Position numbers and translations under genes: made by a program
Shown: positions 41,240-50,204 of the stretch, in pieces
Numbering within the stretch: position 1 is the stretch's first letter
Layout: each line of letters opens with the position of its first letter
The notes under the pieces: generated by a model
What the model was told of the DNA's origin: nothing
Databases searched by the model: none
Seen by the model: the letters and a program-made list of their open reading frames with translations, nothing else
NCBI RefSeq assembly: GCF_036559085.1
Contig: NZ_DATBTU010000075.1
Coordinates: forward strand, 68,705 to 132,704
Length of the DNA: 64,000 bases
From: Amnibacterium sp.
Lineage (GTDB): Bacteria; Actinomycetota; Actinomycetes; Actinomycetales; Microbacteriaceae
Direction of reading: 5' to 3'

Positions 41240-42673
41240 ATGCGTTTCCTCGCGGCGCGCCCCGCCCACGACCTCACGTACTCCGATGTGTTCCTCGTCC
41301 CGGGGCGATCGGGCATCGGCAGCCGGCTCGACGTCTCGCTGGCGCCCGCGGACGGCACCGGTGCGACCATCCCCATCGTCGCCGCGAACATGAACTCGGT
41401 GACCGGACCGCGGTTGGCGGCCGTGCTCGCCCGGCGTGGCGGCCTCGGCGTGCTGCCTCAGGACATGTCGCCCGCGGCGACCGCGGAGGCCGTCGCGTGG
41501 GTGAAGGAGCAGTCGCCGCGGTGGGACTCCCCGTTCGTGCTCGGGCCGGACGACACGGTCGCCGATGCGCTCGAGGTGCTGCCGCCGGTCCCCGGGCGTG
41601 GCGTGGTGCTCGTGGACGGCGAAGGCGCGCTGCTCGGCGGCCTCGAGGCCACGCGGCTCGCCACCGCGCTGCTCGACGCACGGCTCGGTGACCTGCTGCG
41701 CGGCGGCTTCGTGCTCGACGGGACGGTGGAGGACCCGGAGGCGGTCTTCCACGCGCTCGTCGACGCGGATGCGGACTTCGCGCCGGTCGTCGTCGACGGC
41801 GTGCTGGCCGGCACCGTGAGCCGGCGCAGCGCCGTCCGCGGCGCCATCTACAGCCCCGCCCTCGACGGCCTGGGGCGCCTGAAGGTCGCCGCAGCGGTCG
41901 GGATCAACGGCGACGTGGCGGCGCGCGCATCCGCGCTCGCCGGCCTCGGCGTCGACGTGCTCGTGCTCGACACGGCGCACGGGCACCAGGAGGGCATGCT
42001 CGGCGCCCTCGAGCGGGTCGCCGCGCTCGACCTCGGGCTGCCGCTCGTCGCGGGCAACGTCGTGACGGCCGAGGCCGTCGAGGACCTCGTCGATGCCGGT
42101 GCCGACATCCTCAAGGTGGGCGTCGGGCCGGGCGCCATGTGCACGACCCGGATGATGACGGCGGTCGGGCGGCCGCAGTTCTCCGCGGTGCTCGAGACGG
42201 CGGAGGCGGCCCGCGAGGCCGGCGCCCACGTCTGGGCGGACGGCGGGGTGCGCTATCCGCGTGACGTGGCGCTCGCGCTCGCGGCCGGCGCGAGCTCGGT
42301 GATGATCGGCTCCTGGTTCGCGGGCACGATCGAGGCGCCGGGGAGGCTCGAGCACGCCTCCGACGGCGGCCTGTTCAAGCAGAGCTGGGGCATGGCGTCG
42401 ACGAAGGCCGTCGAGGCGCGGTTCGGCGCGGAGGACCCGTGGCGCCTCGCCCGGCGCACCCTCTTCGCGGAGGGGATCTCGTCGTCGCGGATCGCCCTGG
42501 ACCCGCTCCGTCCGGGCCTCGAGGACCTGCTCGACATGATCACCACCGGCGTGCGGTCGTCCTTCACCTACGCGGGTGCGGCGGATCCGGCGCAGTTCCA
42601 CGAGCGCGCGGTGGTGGGCGTGCAGTCCGCGGCCGGATACGAGGAGGGCAAGGCGCTCCCGGTCAGCTGGTGA
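41240..42673 (+). CDS. guaB1: GuaB1 family IMPDH/GMP-reductase-related protein
   Basis: [43 protein letters not shown]. Confidence 0.92.
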   Translation: MRFLAARPAHDLTYSDVFLVPGRSGIGSRLDVSLAPADGTGATIPIVAANMNSVTGPRLAAVLARRGGLGVLPQDMSPAATAEAVAWVKEQSPRWDSPFVLGPDDTVADALEVLPPVPGRGVVLVDGEGALLGGLEATRLATALLDARLGDLLRGGFVLDGTVEDPEAVFHALVDADADFAPVVVDGVLAGTVSRRSAVRGAIYSPALDGLGRLKVAAAVGINGDVAARASALAGLGVDVLVLDTAHGHQEGMLGALERVAALDLGLPLVAGNVVTAEAVEDLVDAGADILKVGVGPGAMCTTRMMTAVGRPQFSAVLETAEAAREAGAHVWADGGVRYPRDVALALAAGASSVMIGSWFAGTIEAPGRLEHASDGGLFKQSWGMASTKAVEARFGAEDPWRLARRTLFAEGISSSRIALDPLRPGLEDLLDMITTGVRSSFTYAGAADPAQFHERAVVGVQSAAGYEEGKALPVSW

Positions 42674-43667
42674 CCGCCGCCAGCAGGTCGGCCGCCCGGC
42701 GCGAGCCGGGCTCGGCGCGCTCGGTGACGAGCCGCCACATCTCGCGCTGCAGCAGCAGGTTCACCGGCGTCCGCACGCCGTGCAGCCGCCCGACGCGCAC
42801 GATCTCGCCGTTCAGGTGGTCGGTCTCGACCGAGCCCTGACCGCGGGCGACGCTCTGCCAGGTCGAGCCGCCCCGCCGATCCTGCCCGCCGACCGGCGCC
42901 GTGCGGACGCCGCCCGCGAGCGCCGCGCTCCAGGTGGCGTCGTCGACGACCGGGAGCCCGGCGGCCGCGAACGCCGCCAGGCCCTCCTCCGCCGCGCGGG
43001 CCGCGAGCGCGTCGACGACCTCCTCCGCATCCGGCGGCAGATCGGATCCGCAGAGCGCGTCGAGCGCGTTGCCGAGGTTGCGGAGCAGCTTCGCCCGCTT
43101 GAACGCCATGACGTCGTCGACGACGTCGGCGCGGAACCCGGCCGAGGCGAGCGCGCCTGCGACCGTGCGGTCGATCTCGTCGGCGCCGCCCGGTGCGAGC
43201 CCCAGCTGGAGGATGCCGGCGACGTCGGCGCCCTCGCCGATCACGACGCCCGGCTCGAGGTGCGTCGCCGGCAGGTTCACGCACACGCCGTGGACGGCCG
43301 CGAACATCCGGAGGGCGGCGTCCTCGTTCGCGACGCCGTTCTGCAGATGGAGGATCGGCAGCACGTCGCCGGCGCGCTCGCCCCCGACCGCGAGCGACGC
43401 GATCTCGTCGAGCAGCGCCGCGGTCTGCTGCGACTTCACCGCGAGCAGCAGCATGTCGCCGGCGGCGAGCCCGAGCTCCGAGACGGTCGTGGCCGTCCGC
43501 GGCCGCACGTGCAAGGTCCGATCGGGCCGACGCACCTCGAGGCCGCGGTCCCGGATCGCGTCGCCGTGCGCGCCGCGGGCGACGAGCGCCACCTCATGGC
43601 CCTGGTCGACGAGCAGGCCACCGACCACCCCGCCGATCGCGCCCGCCCCGATGACGACGTACCGCAT
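42663..43667 (-). CDS. Ketopantoate reductase (PanE/ApbA) family protein
   Basis: GAGAIG, LLAVKSQQT, LQNGV, KLLRNLGNA, STWQSV...ETDHLNGEIV. Confidence 0.85.
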   Translation of the reverse strand: MRYVVIGAGAIGGVVGGLLVDQGHEVALVARGAHGDAIRDRGLEVRRPDRTLHVRPRTATTVSELGLAAGDMLLLAVKSQQTAALLDEIASLAVGGERAGDVLPILHLQNGVANEDAALRMFAAVHGVCVNLPATHLEPGVVIGEGADVAGILQLGLAPGGADEIDRTVAGALASAGFRADVVDDVMAFKRAKLLRNLGNALDALCGSDLPPDAEEVVDALAARAAEEGLAAFAAAGLPVVDDATWSAALAGGVRTAPVGGQDRRGGSTWQSVARGQGSVETDHLNGEIVRVGRLHGVRTPVNLLLQREMWRLVTERAEPGSRRAADLLAAVTS

Positions 43668-43754
43668 CCATCACTCCCGTCCCGGCTCGGCCGCTAGACT
43701 CGCGGGCCAAATGGACGAGCACCATACGCCGCCCGCCCTGATCCAGTCGGCCGC

Positions 43755-45095
43755 ATGATCATCGACGTCGTCCTTCTCGCCGTCGGCCTGGTGCTCACCC
43801 TGCTCACCGGGTTCTTCGTCGCGGCCGAGTTCTCGCTCGTCAACCTCGACCGTTCGGACCTCGAGGCGCAGGCGCGCAACGGCGCCAAGGGGCTGGCGCC
43901 GATCATCGGCGCCCTCAAGATCACCTCGACGCACCTTTCGAGCGCCCAGCTCGGCATCACGATGACGACGCTGCTGGCGGGCTACACGTTCGAGCCGGCG
44001 CTGTCCGCGTTCCTCGCGGTGCCGCTCGCCGCGCTGCACGTGCCGTCGGCGGCGGTCCTGCCGATCGCGGCGGTGCTCGGCCTGCTCTGCGCGACGGTCA
44101 TCAGCATGGTCGTCGGCGAGCTGCTGCCGAAGAACCTCACCCTCGCGCTGCCGCTGCGGATCGCCCGGGTGGTCGTGCCGTTCCAGGTCGGCTTCACCGC
44201 CGTCTTCCGCCCCGCCGTCACGCTGCTGAACCGCACCGCGAACGCCGTGCTGCGCCTGATCGGCATCGAGCCGAAGGAGGAGCTGTCCGGCGCCCGGAGC
44301 GCCCAGGAGCTCTCCTCGCTGGTGCGCCGCAGCGCCATGGAGGGCGTCCTCGACCGCGAGACCGCCACGCTGCTCACGCGCTCGCTCAGCTTCTCCGGCC
44401 ACACCGCGGCCGATGTGATGACGCCGCGCCCTCGGCTGTCCGTCATCCCCCGGTCGGCATCCGCGGCGGATGTGCTCGAGCTCGCGCGGCGAACCGGCTT
44501 CTCGCGCTTCCCGGTCACCGGCGACGACGGCGTCGACGACGTGGTCGGCCTCGTGCACGTGAAGCAGGCCATGGCCGTGCCGCGCGACCGGCGGGCCGAG
44601 GTGCCGGTCGGCGCCATCGAGACGAAAGCGCTCCGCGTGCCGGAGACCGTCACCCTCGACTCGCTGCTCGGCGAGCTGCGCGGCCGCGGCTACCAGATGG
44701 CCGTCGTGATCGACGAGTACGGCGGCACCGCGGGCGTCGCCACCCTCGAGGACCTCGTCGAGGAGCTCGTCGGCGACCTCGTCGACGAGCACGACCGCAC
44801 CCGCGCGGGCGTCGTCCGCGGACGCGACTCCCTGACGTTCCCCGGCATCATGCGGCCCGACGAGCTCGAGGACCAGGCCGGCGTGCGGGTGCCCGAGAGC
44901 GGCCTCTACGAGACGGTCGCCGGGTTCGTCGTCAGCGAGCTCGGCCGGCTGCCGAAGGTCGGCGACCGGGTCCGCACCGAGCAGGGCGAGCTCGAGGTGC
45001 TGCGGCTCGACGGCAAGCGGATCGACCGGCTGCGGTTCCGCGCGGATCCGTCGGCCCAGGTCGAGCCCTCACCCGTGAGCGCGGAGGCGCCGTGA
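43755..45095 (+). CDS. CNNM/CorC (DUF21-CBS-CBS-CorC) 'hemolysin family' protein
   Basis: FFVAAEFSLV, QLGIT, GELLPKN, VMTPR, SRFPV, VIDEYGGTAGVATLEDLVEELVG. Confidence 0.92.
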   Translation: MIIDVVLLAVGLVLTLLTGFFVAAEFSLVNLDRSDLEAQARNGAKGLAPIIGALKITSTHLSSAQLGITMTTLLAGYTFEPALSAFLAVPLAALHVPSAAVLPIAAVLGLLCATVISMVVGELLPKNLTLALPLRIARVVVPFQVGFTAVFRPAVTLLNRTANAVLRLIGIEPKEELSGARSAQELSSLVRRSAMEGVLDRETATLLTRSLSFSGHTAADVMTPRPRLSVIPRSASAADVLELARRTGFSRFPVTGDDGVDDVVGLVHVKQAMAVPRDRRAEVPVGAIETKALRVPETVTLDSLLGELRGRGYQMAVVIDEYGGTAGVATLEDLVEELVGDLVDEHDRTRAGVVRGRDSLTFPGIMRPDELEDQAGVRVPESGLYETVAGFVVSELGRLPKVGDRVRTEQGELEVLRLDGKRIDRLRFRADPSAQVEPSPVSAEAP

Positions 45096-46126
45096 ACGAC
45101 TGGGCAGGACTCTTCTGGCTCGTGCTGCTGCTCGCGGTCAACGCGTTCTTCGTGGCCGCCGAGTTCGCTGTCATCTCCGCGCGCCGCTCCCAGGTGGAGC
45201 CGCTCGCGGAGGAGGGCCGCCGCTCGGCGCGCACCGCGATCAGCGCGATGGAGCACGCCACCCTGATGCTCTCGACGACGCAGCTCGGCATCACCGCCGC
45301 CTCGCTGCTCATCCTGGAGGTGTCCGAGCCGGCCATCCACCACCTGCTGGAGGCGCCGCTCGGCCTCACCGGGCTGCCCGACGAGGTCATCGGCGGGATC
45401 GGGTTCGTGATCGCGCTGGTCGTCGTCACGTTCCTGCACGTCGTGTTCGGCGAGCTCGTCCCGAAGAACATCGCGTTCTCGGCGCCCGACCGCGCCGTGC
45501 TGCTGCTCGCGACGCCGCTCGTGTTCGTCGCCCGGGTGTTCCGGCCGATCATCTCCGTGCTGAACGGCGTGACGAACGGGCTCGTGCGCCTGTTCGGTGT
45601 GCAGCCGAGGAGCGAGGCGAACAGCACCTTCACGCTCGACGAGGTCGCAACGATCGTCGACACCTCCCGCCGCGAGGGCACGCTGCAGGACGTCTCCGGC
45701 ACGCTGACGGCCACGTTCGAGTTCACGGAGAAGCTCGTCTCCGAGGTGACCGTGCCCATGGACCGGATCGTCACCCTCACCGCCGACGCGACGCCGGCCG
45801 ACCTCGAACGGGCCGTGGCCCAGTCCGGCTTCTCCCGCTACGTGCTGGTGGACGAGAACGGCGAGCCGGTCGGCTACCTGCACCTGAAGGACGTGCTCGA
45901 CCTCGACCCCGGCGAGGTCGACCGGCCCGTGCCGAAGAAGTTCGTACGGCAGCTCACCTCGGTGTTCGCCGAGGCCGAGCTCGAGGACGCCCTCGCCGCG
46001 ATGCGCCGCGGCGGCCACCACCTCGCGCGGGTGCTCGACAAGGACGGCCTCACCCGCGGCATCCTCTTCCTCGAGGACGTCATCGAGGAGCTCGTCGGCG
46101 AGGTCCGGGACGCCACCCGCCGCTGA
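45092..46126 (+). CDS. CNNM/CorC family protein, second paralog lacking the CorC tail
   Basis: FFVAAEFAVI, QLGIT, GELVPKN, LEDVIEELVGEV; overlaps the upstream stop codon. Confidence 0.9.
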   Translation: MNDWAGLFWLVLLLAVNAFFVAAEFAVISARRSQVEPLAEEGRRSARTAISAMEHATLMLSTTQLGITAASLLILEVSEPAIHHLLEAPLGLTGLPDEVIGGIGFVIALVVVTFLHVVFGELVPKNIAFSAPDRAVLLLATPLVFVARVFRPIISVLNGVTNGLVRLFGVQPRSEANSTFTLDEVATIVDTSRREGTLQDVSGTLTATFEFTEKLVSEVTVPMDRIVTLTADATPADLERAVAQSGFSRYVLVDENGEPVGYLHLKDVLDLDPGEVDRPVPKKFVRQLTSVFAEAELEDALAAMRRGGHHLARVLDKDGLTRGILFLEDVIEELVGEVRDATRR

Positions 46127-46139
46127 CCGGCGACGGCCC

Positions 46140-46204
46140 CGACGGGCCACTTCGGGCACGGATGGGCGTCATCGGACGCCCGTTCCGCCCGAAACCGCCC
46201 GTCG
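46140..46204. terminator. Long imperfect hairpin between convergent genes
   Basis: CGACGGG/CCCGTCG, TTCGGGC/GCCCGAA and GGGCGTC/GACGCCC nested around an ATCG loop. Confidence 0.6.
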
Positions 46205-46240
46205 CGATGCGGGAGCGGGCGGCGGGAGTCCGGGCGAGGA

Positions 46241-47335
46241 TCAGCGCTGGCCGGCGGCCCTCGAGCGGCGGCGGGCGGCGCGCACATATTGCGGCGGCCA
46301 CGGGGCGTCGGCGCCGAGGTCCTCGGCGGCCGCGAGCGGGAAGTGCGGGTTGCGCAGGGACGCGCGGGCGATCATGACCGCATCCGCACGGCCGGATGCC
46401 ACGATCTCCTCGGCCTGCTCGGCCTCGGTGATCAGGCCGACGGCGCTGACGGGCACGCCCGCGAGCCGCTTGACCTCCTCCGCCAGCGGCACCTGGTAGC
46501 CGGGACCCACGGGGATCTCGGCGGGGCCGTTGCCGCCGGAGGAGATGTCGAAGAAGTCGGCGCCCGCATCCCGTGCCCAGCCGGCGACCGTCGCGGTCTC
46601 CTCGACGGTCCAGCCGTCCTCGCGCCAGTCGGTGGCGGAGAAGCGGACGTAGAGCGGCGTGCTCGGCGCGGCCGCGCGCACCGCGGCGACGACCTCGAGC
46701 AGCAGCCGGGCGCGGTTCTCGAGCGAGCCGCCGTACGCATCCGTGCGCTGGTTGCTGAGCGGCGAGAGGAACTGGTGCAGCAGGTAGCCGTGCGCGGCGT
46801 GCAGCTCGAGCACGTCGAAGCCGGCCTCGACCGCCCGGCGCGCCGCGGCGGCGAAGTCCTCGACGACCTTCGCGAGCCCGTCGGCGTCGAGCGCGTCCGG
46901 CTCGTCGTAGCCCGGGAACGCGACGGCGGACGGGGCGACGGTCCGCCATCCGCCCTCGCCGACGGGGACGGTGCCGGAGGCGCCGGCGAACGGCGAGTAG
47001 GTCGACGCCTTGCGGCCGGCGTGCGCGAGCTGCACGCCGGTGGCGGTGCCGAGGCCGTGGGCGAAGTCGATGATGCGGGACCAGGCGGCGGCCTGCTGCT
47101 CGTTCCAGATGCCGGTGTCCTGCGGGGAGATGCGCCCCTCGGGGCTCACCGCGGTGGCCTCCGTGAAGACGAGGCCGGCTCCCCCGCGGGCGAGCGAGCC
47201 GAGGTGCACGAGGTGCCACTCGGTGGGCACGCCGTCCTCGTCCTCGACGGAGTACTGGCACATGGGGGCGATCCACAGCCGGTTGGGCAGGGTCAGGCCG
47301 CCCACCTCGATCGGGGAGAACAGCGTGGATGTCAT
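46241..47335 (-). CDS. NADH:flavin oxidoreductase (Old Yellow Enzyme, YqjM/NamA-like)
   Basis: APMCQYS, GRISPQD, QLAHAGRKAS, ELHAAHGYLLHQFLSPLSNQRTDAYGGSLENR, PGYQV. Confidence 0.93.
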   Translation of the reverse strand: MTSTLFSPIEVGGLTLPNRLWIAPMCQYSVEDEDGVPTEWHLVHLGSLARGGAGLVFTEATAVSPEGRISPQDTGIWNEQQAAAWSRIIDFAHGLGTATGVQLAHAGRKASTYSPFAGASGTVPVGEGGWRTVAPSAVAFPGYDEPDALDADGLAKVVEDFAAAARRAVEAGFDVLELHAAHGYLLHQFLSPLSNQRTDAYGGSLENRARLLLEVVAAVRAAAPSTPLYVRFSATDWREDGWTVEETATVAGWARDAGADFFDISSGGNGPAEIPVGPGYQVPLAEEVKRLAGVPVSAVGLITEAEQAEEIVASGRADAVMIARASLRNPHFPLAAAEDLGADAPWPPQYVRAARRRSRAAGQR

Positions 47336-47967
47336 TCGGGCTCCTGGGTGTCGTCGGCGAGGGCGGTGAGGAAGGCGCGGAGCGCCGCGGCCGTCGTGAA
47401 CACGTGCGCTGTCGCGCCGATCGATTCGGCGCCGCGGACGTTCTCCGCCCTGTTGTCCACGAAGACGAGCGCGGCCGGTGCTATTCCGAGCTCGCGGCAG
47501 ACGTGCAGGTAGACCGCGGGATCCGGCTTCGACATCCGCAGCTCGCCTGACACGAACGCCTGCTCGAACCAGCGGCTGATCGGGGCGAACCGGAAGATCC
47601 CGCCGTACTCCTCGGCGGCGTTCGAGAGGAGCGCGAGGCGCGTGCCTCCCGCGGCGAGCTCGCCGATCAGGGCGACGACATCGGGCTCGGCGGTCAGCCA
47701 GCCGCGCATGTCCGCGTTCCAGAGCGACTGCCGGCGGGCCGCGTCCCAGTCCCCGCCGCAGTCCGCCGCGATCCGCCGCCAGTACTCGTCGGAGGTGATC
47801 GTGCCGCCGTCGAGGTCGGCGCGGTAGGCGGCGTAGCCGGCCCAGAACGCGTCGGCGGGCACATCCGCGATCGCCAGGAGCTCCTCGCGGTCGGCCTCGG
47901 TCGGGGTCAGGGAGATCACCTCGCCGTAGTCGAAGACGACGACGCGGTCCCGGATGTGCAGAGCCAT
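47332..47967 (-). CDS. HAD-superfamily phosphatase
   Basis: VVFDYGEV, LLSNA, KPDP, FVDNR. Confidence 0.88.
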   Translation of the reverse strand: MALHIRDRVVVFDYGEVISLTPTEADREELLAIADVPADAFWAGYAAYRADLDGGTITSDEYWRRIAADCGGDWDAARRQSLWNADMRGWLTAEPDVVALIGELAAGGTRLALLSNAAEEYGGIFRFAPISRWFEQAFVSGELRMSKPDPAVYLHVCRELGIAPAALVFVDNRAENVRGAESIGATAHVFTTAAALRAFLTALADDTQEPE

Positions 47968-48017
47968 CCTGGGACGGTACCGAGTCGCCGGCCGAGCGCC
48001 CGCCGTACGCTGCCCGG

Positions 48018-48854
48018 ATGGCAGGGGAGTGGGCGCCCTTCGGCGCCGCGGAGGCGAGGCGCTGGATCGCGGTCCCGGAGTCGGGCGACGACAAGTACTC
48101 GCGGGGCGTGCTCGGGGTGCTGACGGGGTCCGACCGGTTCCCGGGCGCCGCGGTGCTCGGCGTCGAAGGCGCGAGCCGGGCCGGGCTCGGCATGATCCGC
48201 TACGTCGGTCCCGCGCGGGCGGCCGACCTCGTGCTGCAGCGGCGTCCGGAGATCGTCACGGTCGACGGCAGGGTGCAGGCGTGGCTGATCGGCTCGGGGA
48301 TGCCGCCGGAGCGCGACGACGCCCTCGAGCGGCAGGTGCGCGGGATGCTCGGCCAGGGCGTGCCGGTGGTGCTCGACGCCGGCGCCCTCGACCTCGCGAC
48401 GTCGGGCAGCGGGCCGGTCGTCGTCACGCCGCACTACGGCGAGCTCGTGCCCGTGCTCGCCGCCGCGGGTGTGACGACCGACCGGGCGACCGTGCAGGCG
48501 GATCCGCGCACCTGGGCCGTGCGCGCCGCGCACGAGACCGGCACGACGGTGCTGCTGAAGGGCGCCGTCACCCACCTCGCCGACGTCTCCGGGCCGCGCT
48601 TCGCCGTGCAGGCCGGGCCGCCGTGGGTCGCCACGGCCGGCGCGGGCGACGTGCTCGGCGGCGTGCTCGGTGCGCTCGTCGCCACCCACGCCGATGAGAT
48701 CGCCGCGGACCCGGCCGTGCTCGCCGAGATCGCGGCGGCCGCCGCGTGGCTGCACGGGGAGGCCGGGCGGCGCGCGTCCTCCGGTGGCCCGATCGCGGCC
48801 CTGGACATCGCCGAGGCGCTGCCCGCGGTGATCGCGCAGCTGCTCGCCGCCTGA
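48018..48854 (+). CDS. nnrD: ADP/ATP-dependent NAD(P)H-hydrate dehydratase (no epimerase domain)
   Basis: DKYSRG, FPGAAVL, VLDAGAL, TPHYGEL, LLKG, ATAGAGDVLGG. Confidence 0.9.
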   Translation: MAGEWAPFGAAEARRWIAVPESGDDKYSRGVLGVLTGSDRFPGAAVLGVEGASRAGLGMIRYVGPARAADLVLQRRPEIVTVDGRVQAWLIGSGMPPERDDALERQVRGMLGQGVPVVLDAGALDLATSGSGPVVVTPHYGELVPVLAAAGVTTDRATVQADPRTWAVRAAHETGTTVLLKGAVTHLADVSGPRFAVQAGPPWVATAGAGDVLGGVLGALVATHADEIAADPAVLAEIAAAAAWLHGEAGRRASSGGPIAALDIAEALPAVIAQLLAA

Positions 48855-48924
48855 GCCCGCGATCCTGAGGCGCTTCCAAGGCCCGTGGCGCAGCGACGCC
48901 CCGAGCGCCGTCTACGGTCGGATC

Positions 48925-49332
48925 GTGCGAAGAATCGGAGCCGCGGCCGCACTCGGGATCACCGTGGGAGGGCTGCTCGCGGGCTGCACGGCAGCCGGGG
49001 CCGCCGTCCCGGCGCAGTCCGCGGCGCCGGCCGGGCCGGCGAAGGACGGCACCTACTCCGCGACCGGCGACTACGACACCCCGGGCGGCCCCGAGTCCGT
49101 CCACGTCACCCTGTCCGTCGCGTCCGGGATCGTGCGGTCCGTGCAGGTCACCGGGTCCGGCGGCACGCCGAACGCGCAGCACTACGAGGCGGCGTTCGAG
49201 TCCGGCATCGCGGGCGTCGTGGTCGGCAAGAAGCTCGCGGGACTGACCGTCGGCGCCGTCTCCGGCTCGTCGCTCACCGGCGCGGGCTTCGATGCGGCGC
49301 TGAACGCCATCCGCAGCGAAGCGGCCAAGTGA
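48925..49332 (+). CDS. FMN-binding lipoprotein (flavinylation substrate)
   Basis: Lipobox LAGC; DGTYSATGDY.TPGG.ESV.VTL; C-terminal VGAVSGSSLT, equivalent to the [S/T]GA[S/T] flavinylation motif. Confidence 0.85.
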   Translation: MRRIGAAAALGITVGGLLAGCTAAGAAVPAQSAAPAGPAKDGTYSATGDYDTPGGPESVHVTLSVASGIVRSVQVTGSGGTPNAQHYEAAFESGIAGVVVGKKLAGLTVGAVSGSSLTGAGFDAALNAIRSEAAK

Positions 49333-50204
49333 TCGCGACGACCTCGGTCACGGCGTTCGAGGCCATCGGCACCACCTGGCGGATCACGACGGAGCGGCCT
49401 CTCGAGCCCGCGGTGCGCGCCCGGGTCGACGCGCTCGTCGCCGAGTACGACCGGACGTTCTCGCGGTTCCGCTCCGACTCGGCCGTCGCCCGGCTGGCCG
49501 CGACCGGCGGCCCCGTCGACCTCGGCCGCTGGGCGCCGCCACTGATCGACCTGCTGCTCGCCTTCGCCCGCATCACGGACGGCGGGGTGACGCCCCTGGC
49601 CGGCGGCGCCCTCGAGCACCTCGGCTACGACGCCGGCTACTCGTTCGCCGCCGGTCCCGGCTACCGGTCCGCGCCGGCGTGGACGGCCCTCCACCTCGAC
49701 GGCACGGTCGCGACCCTGGACGAGCCGGCCGTGCTCGACGTCGGCGCGGCCGGCAAGGGCCAGCTCGTCGACCTCGTCACCGAGCTGCTCGTCGCCGCCG
49801 GCCATCCGGCCTGCACGGTCGACGCCGGCGGGGACATCCGCGTCGTCGGCCCCGCGGTGCGCGTCGCCCTGGAGCACCCCTTCGACCCCGAGGCCGCCGT
49901 GGCGGTGGTCACGCTGGCCGATGCGGCCATCGCGGGATCCGCGCTGGGCCGCCGAGCCTGGACCGCCCCCGACGGCCGCCGCCTGCATCACGTGCTCGAC
50001 GGCCGCACCGGCCGGCCCGTCGACACGGTCGCCGCCACCTGGGCCGTCGCCGGCAGCGCCATGCTCGCCGACGCGCTCGCGACCGCGCTGTTCCTCGTGG
50101 GGCCGGAGCCGCTCGAGGCCGACTTCGCCTTCGACTGGTTCCGGATGGCGGCCGACGGCCGCGCCCACTGGTCCCCGTCGCTGCAACCGGAGGTCTTCCG
50201 GTGA
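49329..50204 (+). CDS. apbE: FAD:protein FMN transferase (ApbE family), no signal peptide visible
   Basis: AIGT, LDVGAAGKGQLVD, DAGGD, HHVLDGRTGRP, ADALATALF. Confidence 0.9.
   Translation: MIATTSVTAFEAIGTTWRITTERPLEPAVRARVDALVAEYDRTFSRFRSDSAVARLAATGGPVDLGRWAPPLIDLLLAFARITDGGVTPLAGGALEHLGYDAGYSFAAGPGYRSAPAWTALHLDGTVATLDEPAVLDVGAAGKGQLVDLVTELLVAAGHPACTVDAGGDIRVVGPAVRVALEHPFDPEAAVAVVTLADAAIAGSALGRRAWTAPDGRRLHHVLDGRTGRPVDTVAATWAVAGSAMLADALATALFLVGPEPLEADFAFDWFRMAADGRAHWSPSLQPEVFR

Noticed and set aside
43755-46126. Hemolysin toxin pair
   Set aside because: The DUF21-CBS architecture indicates CNNM/CorC metal-homeostasis proteins; tandem pairs are common in Actinobacteria.
48018-48854. nnrD as a truncated pseudogene (no NnrE domain)
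   Set aside because: Stand-alone dehydratases are well known, and all its motifs are intact.
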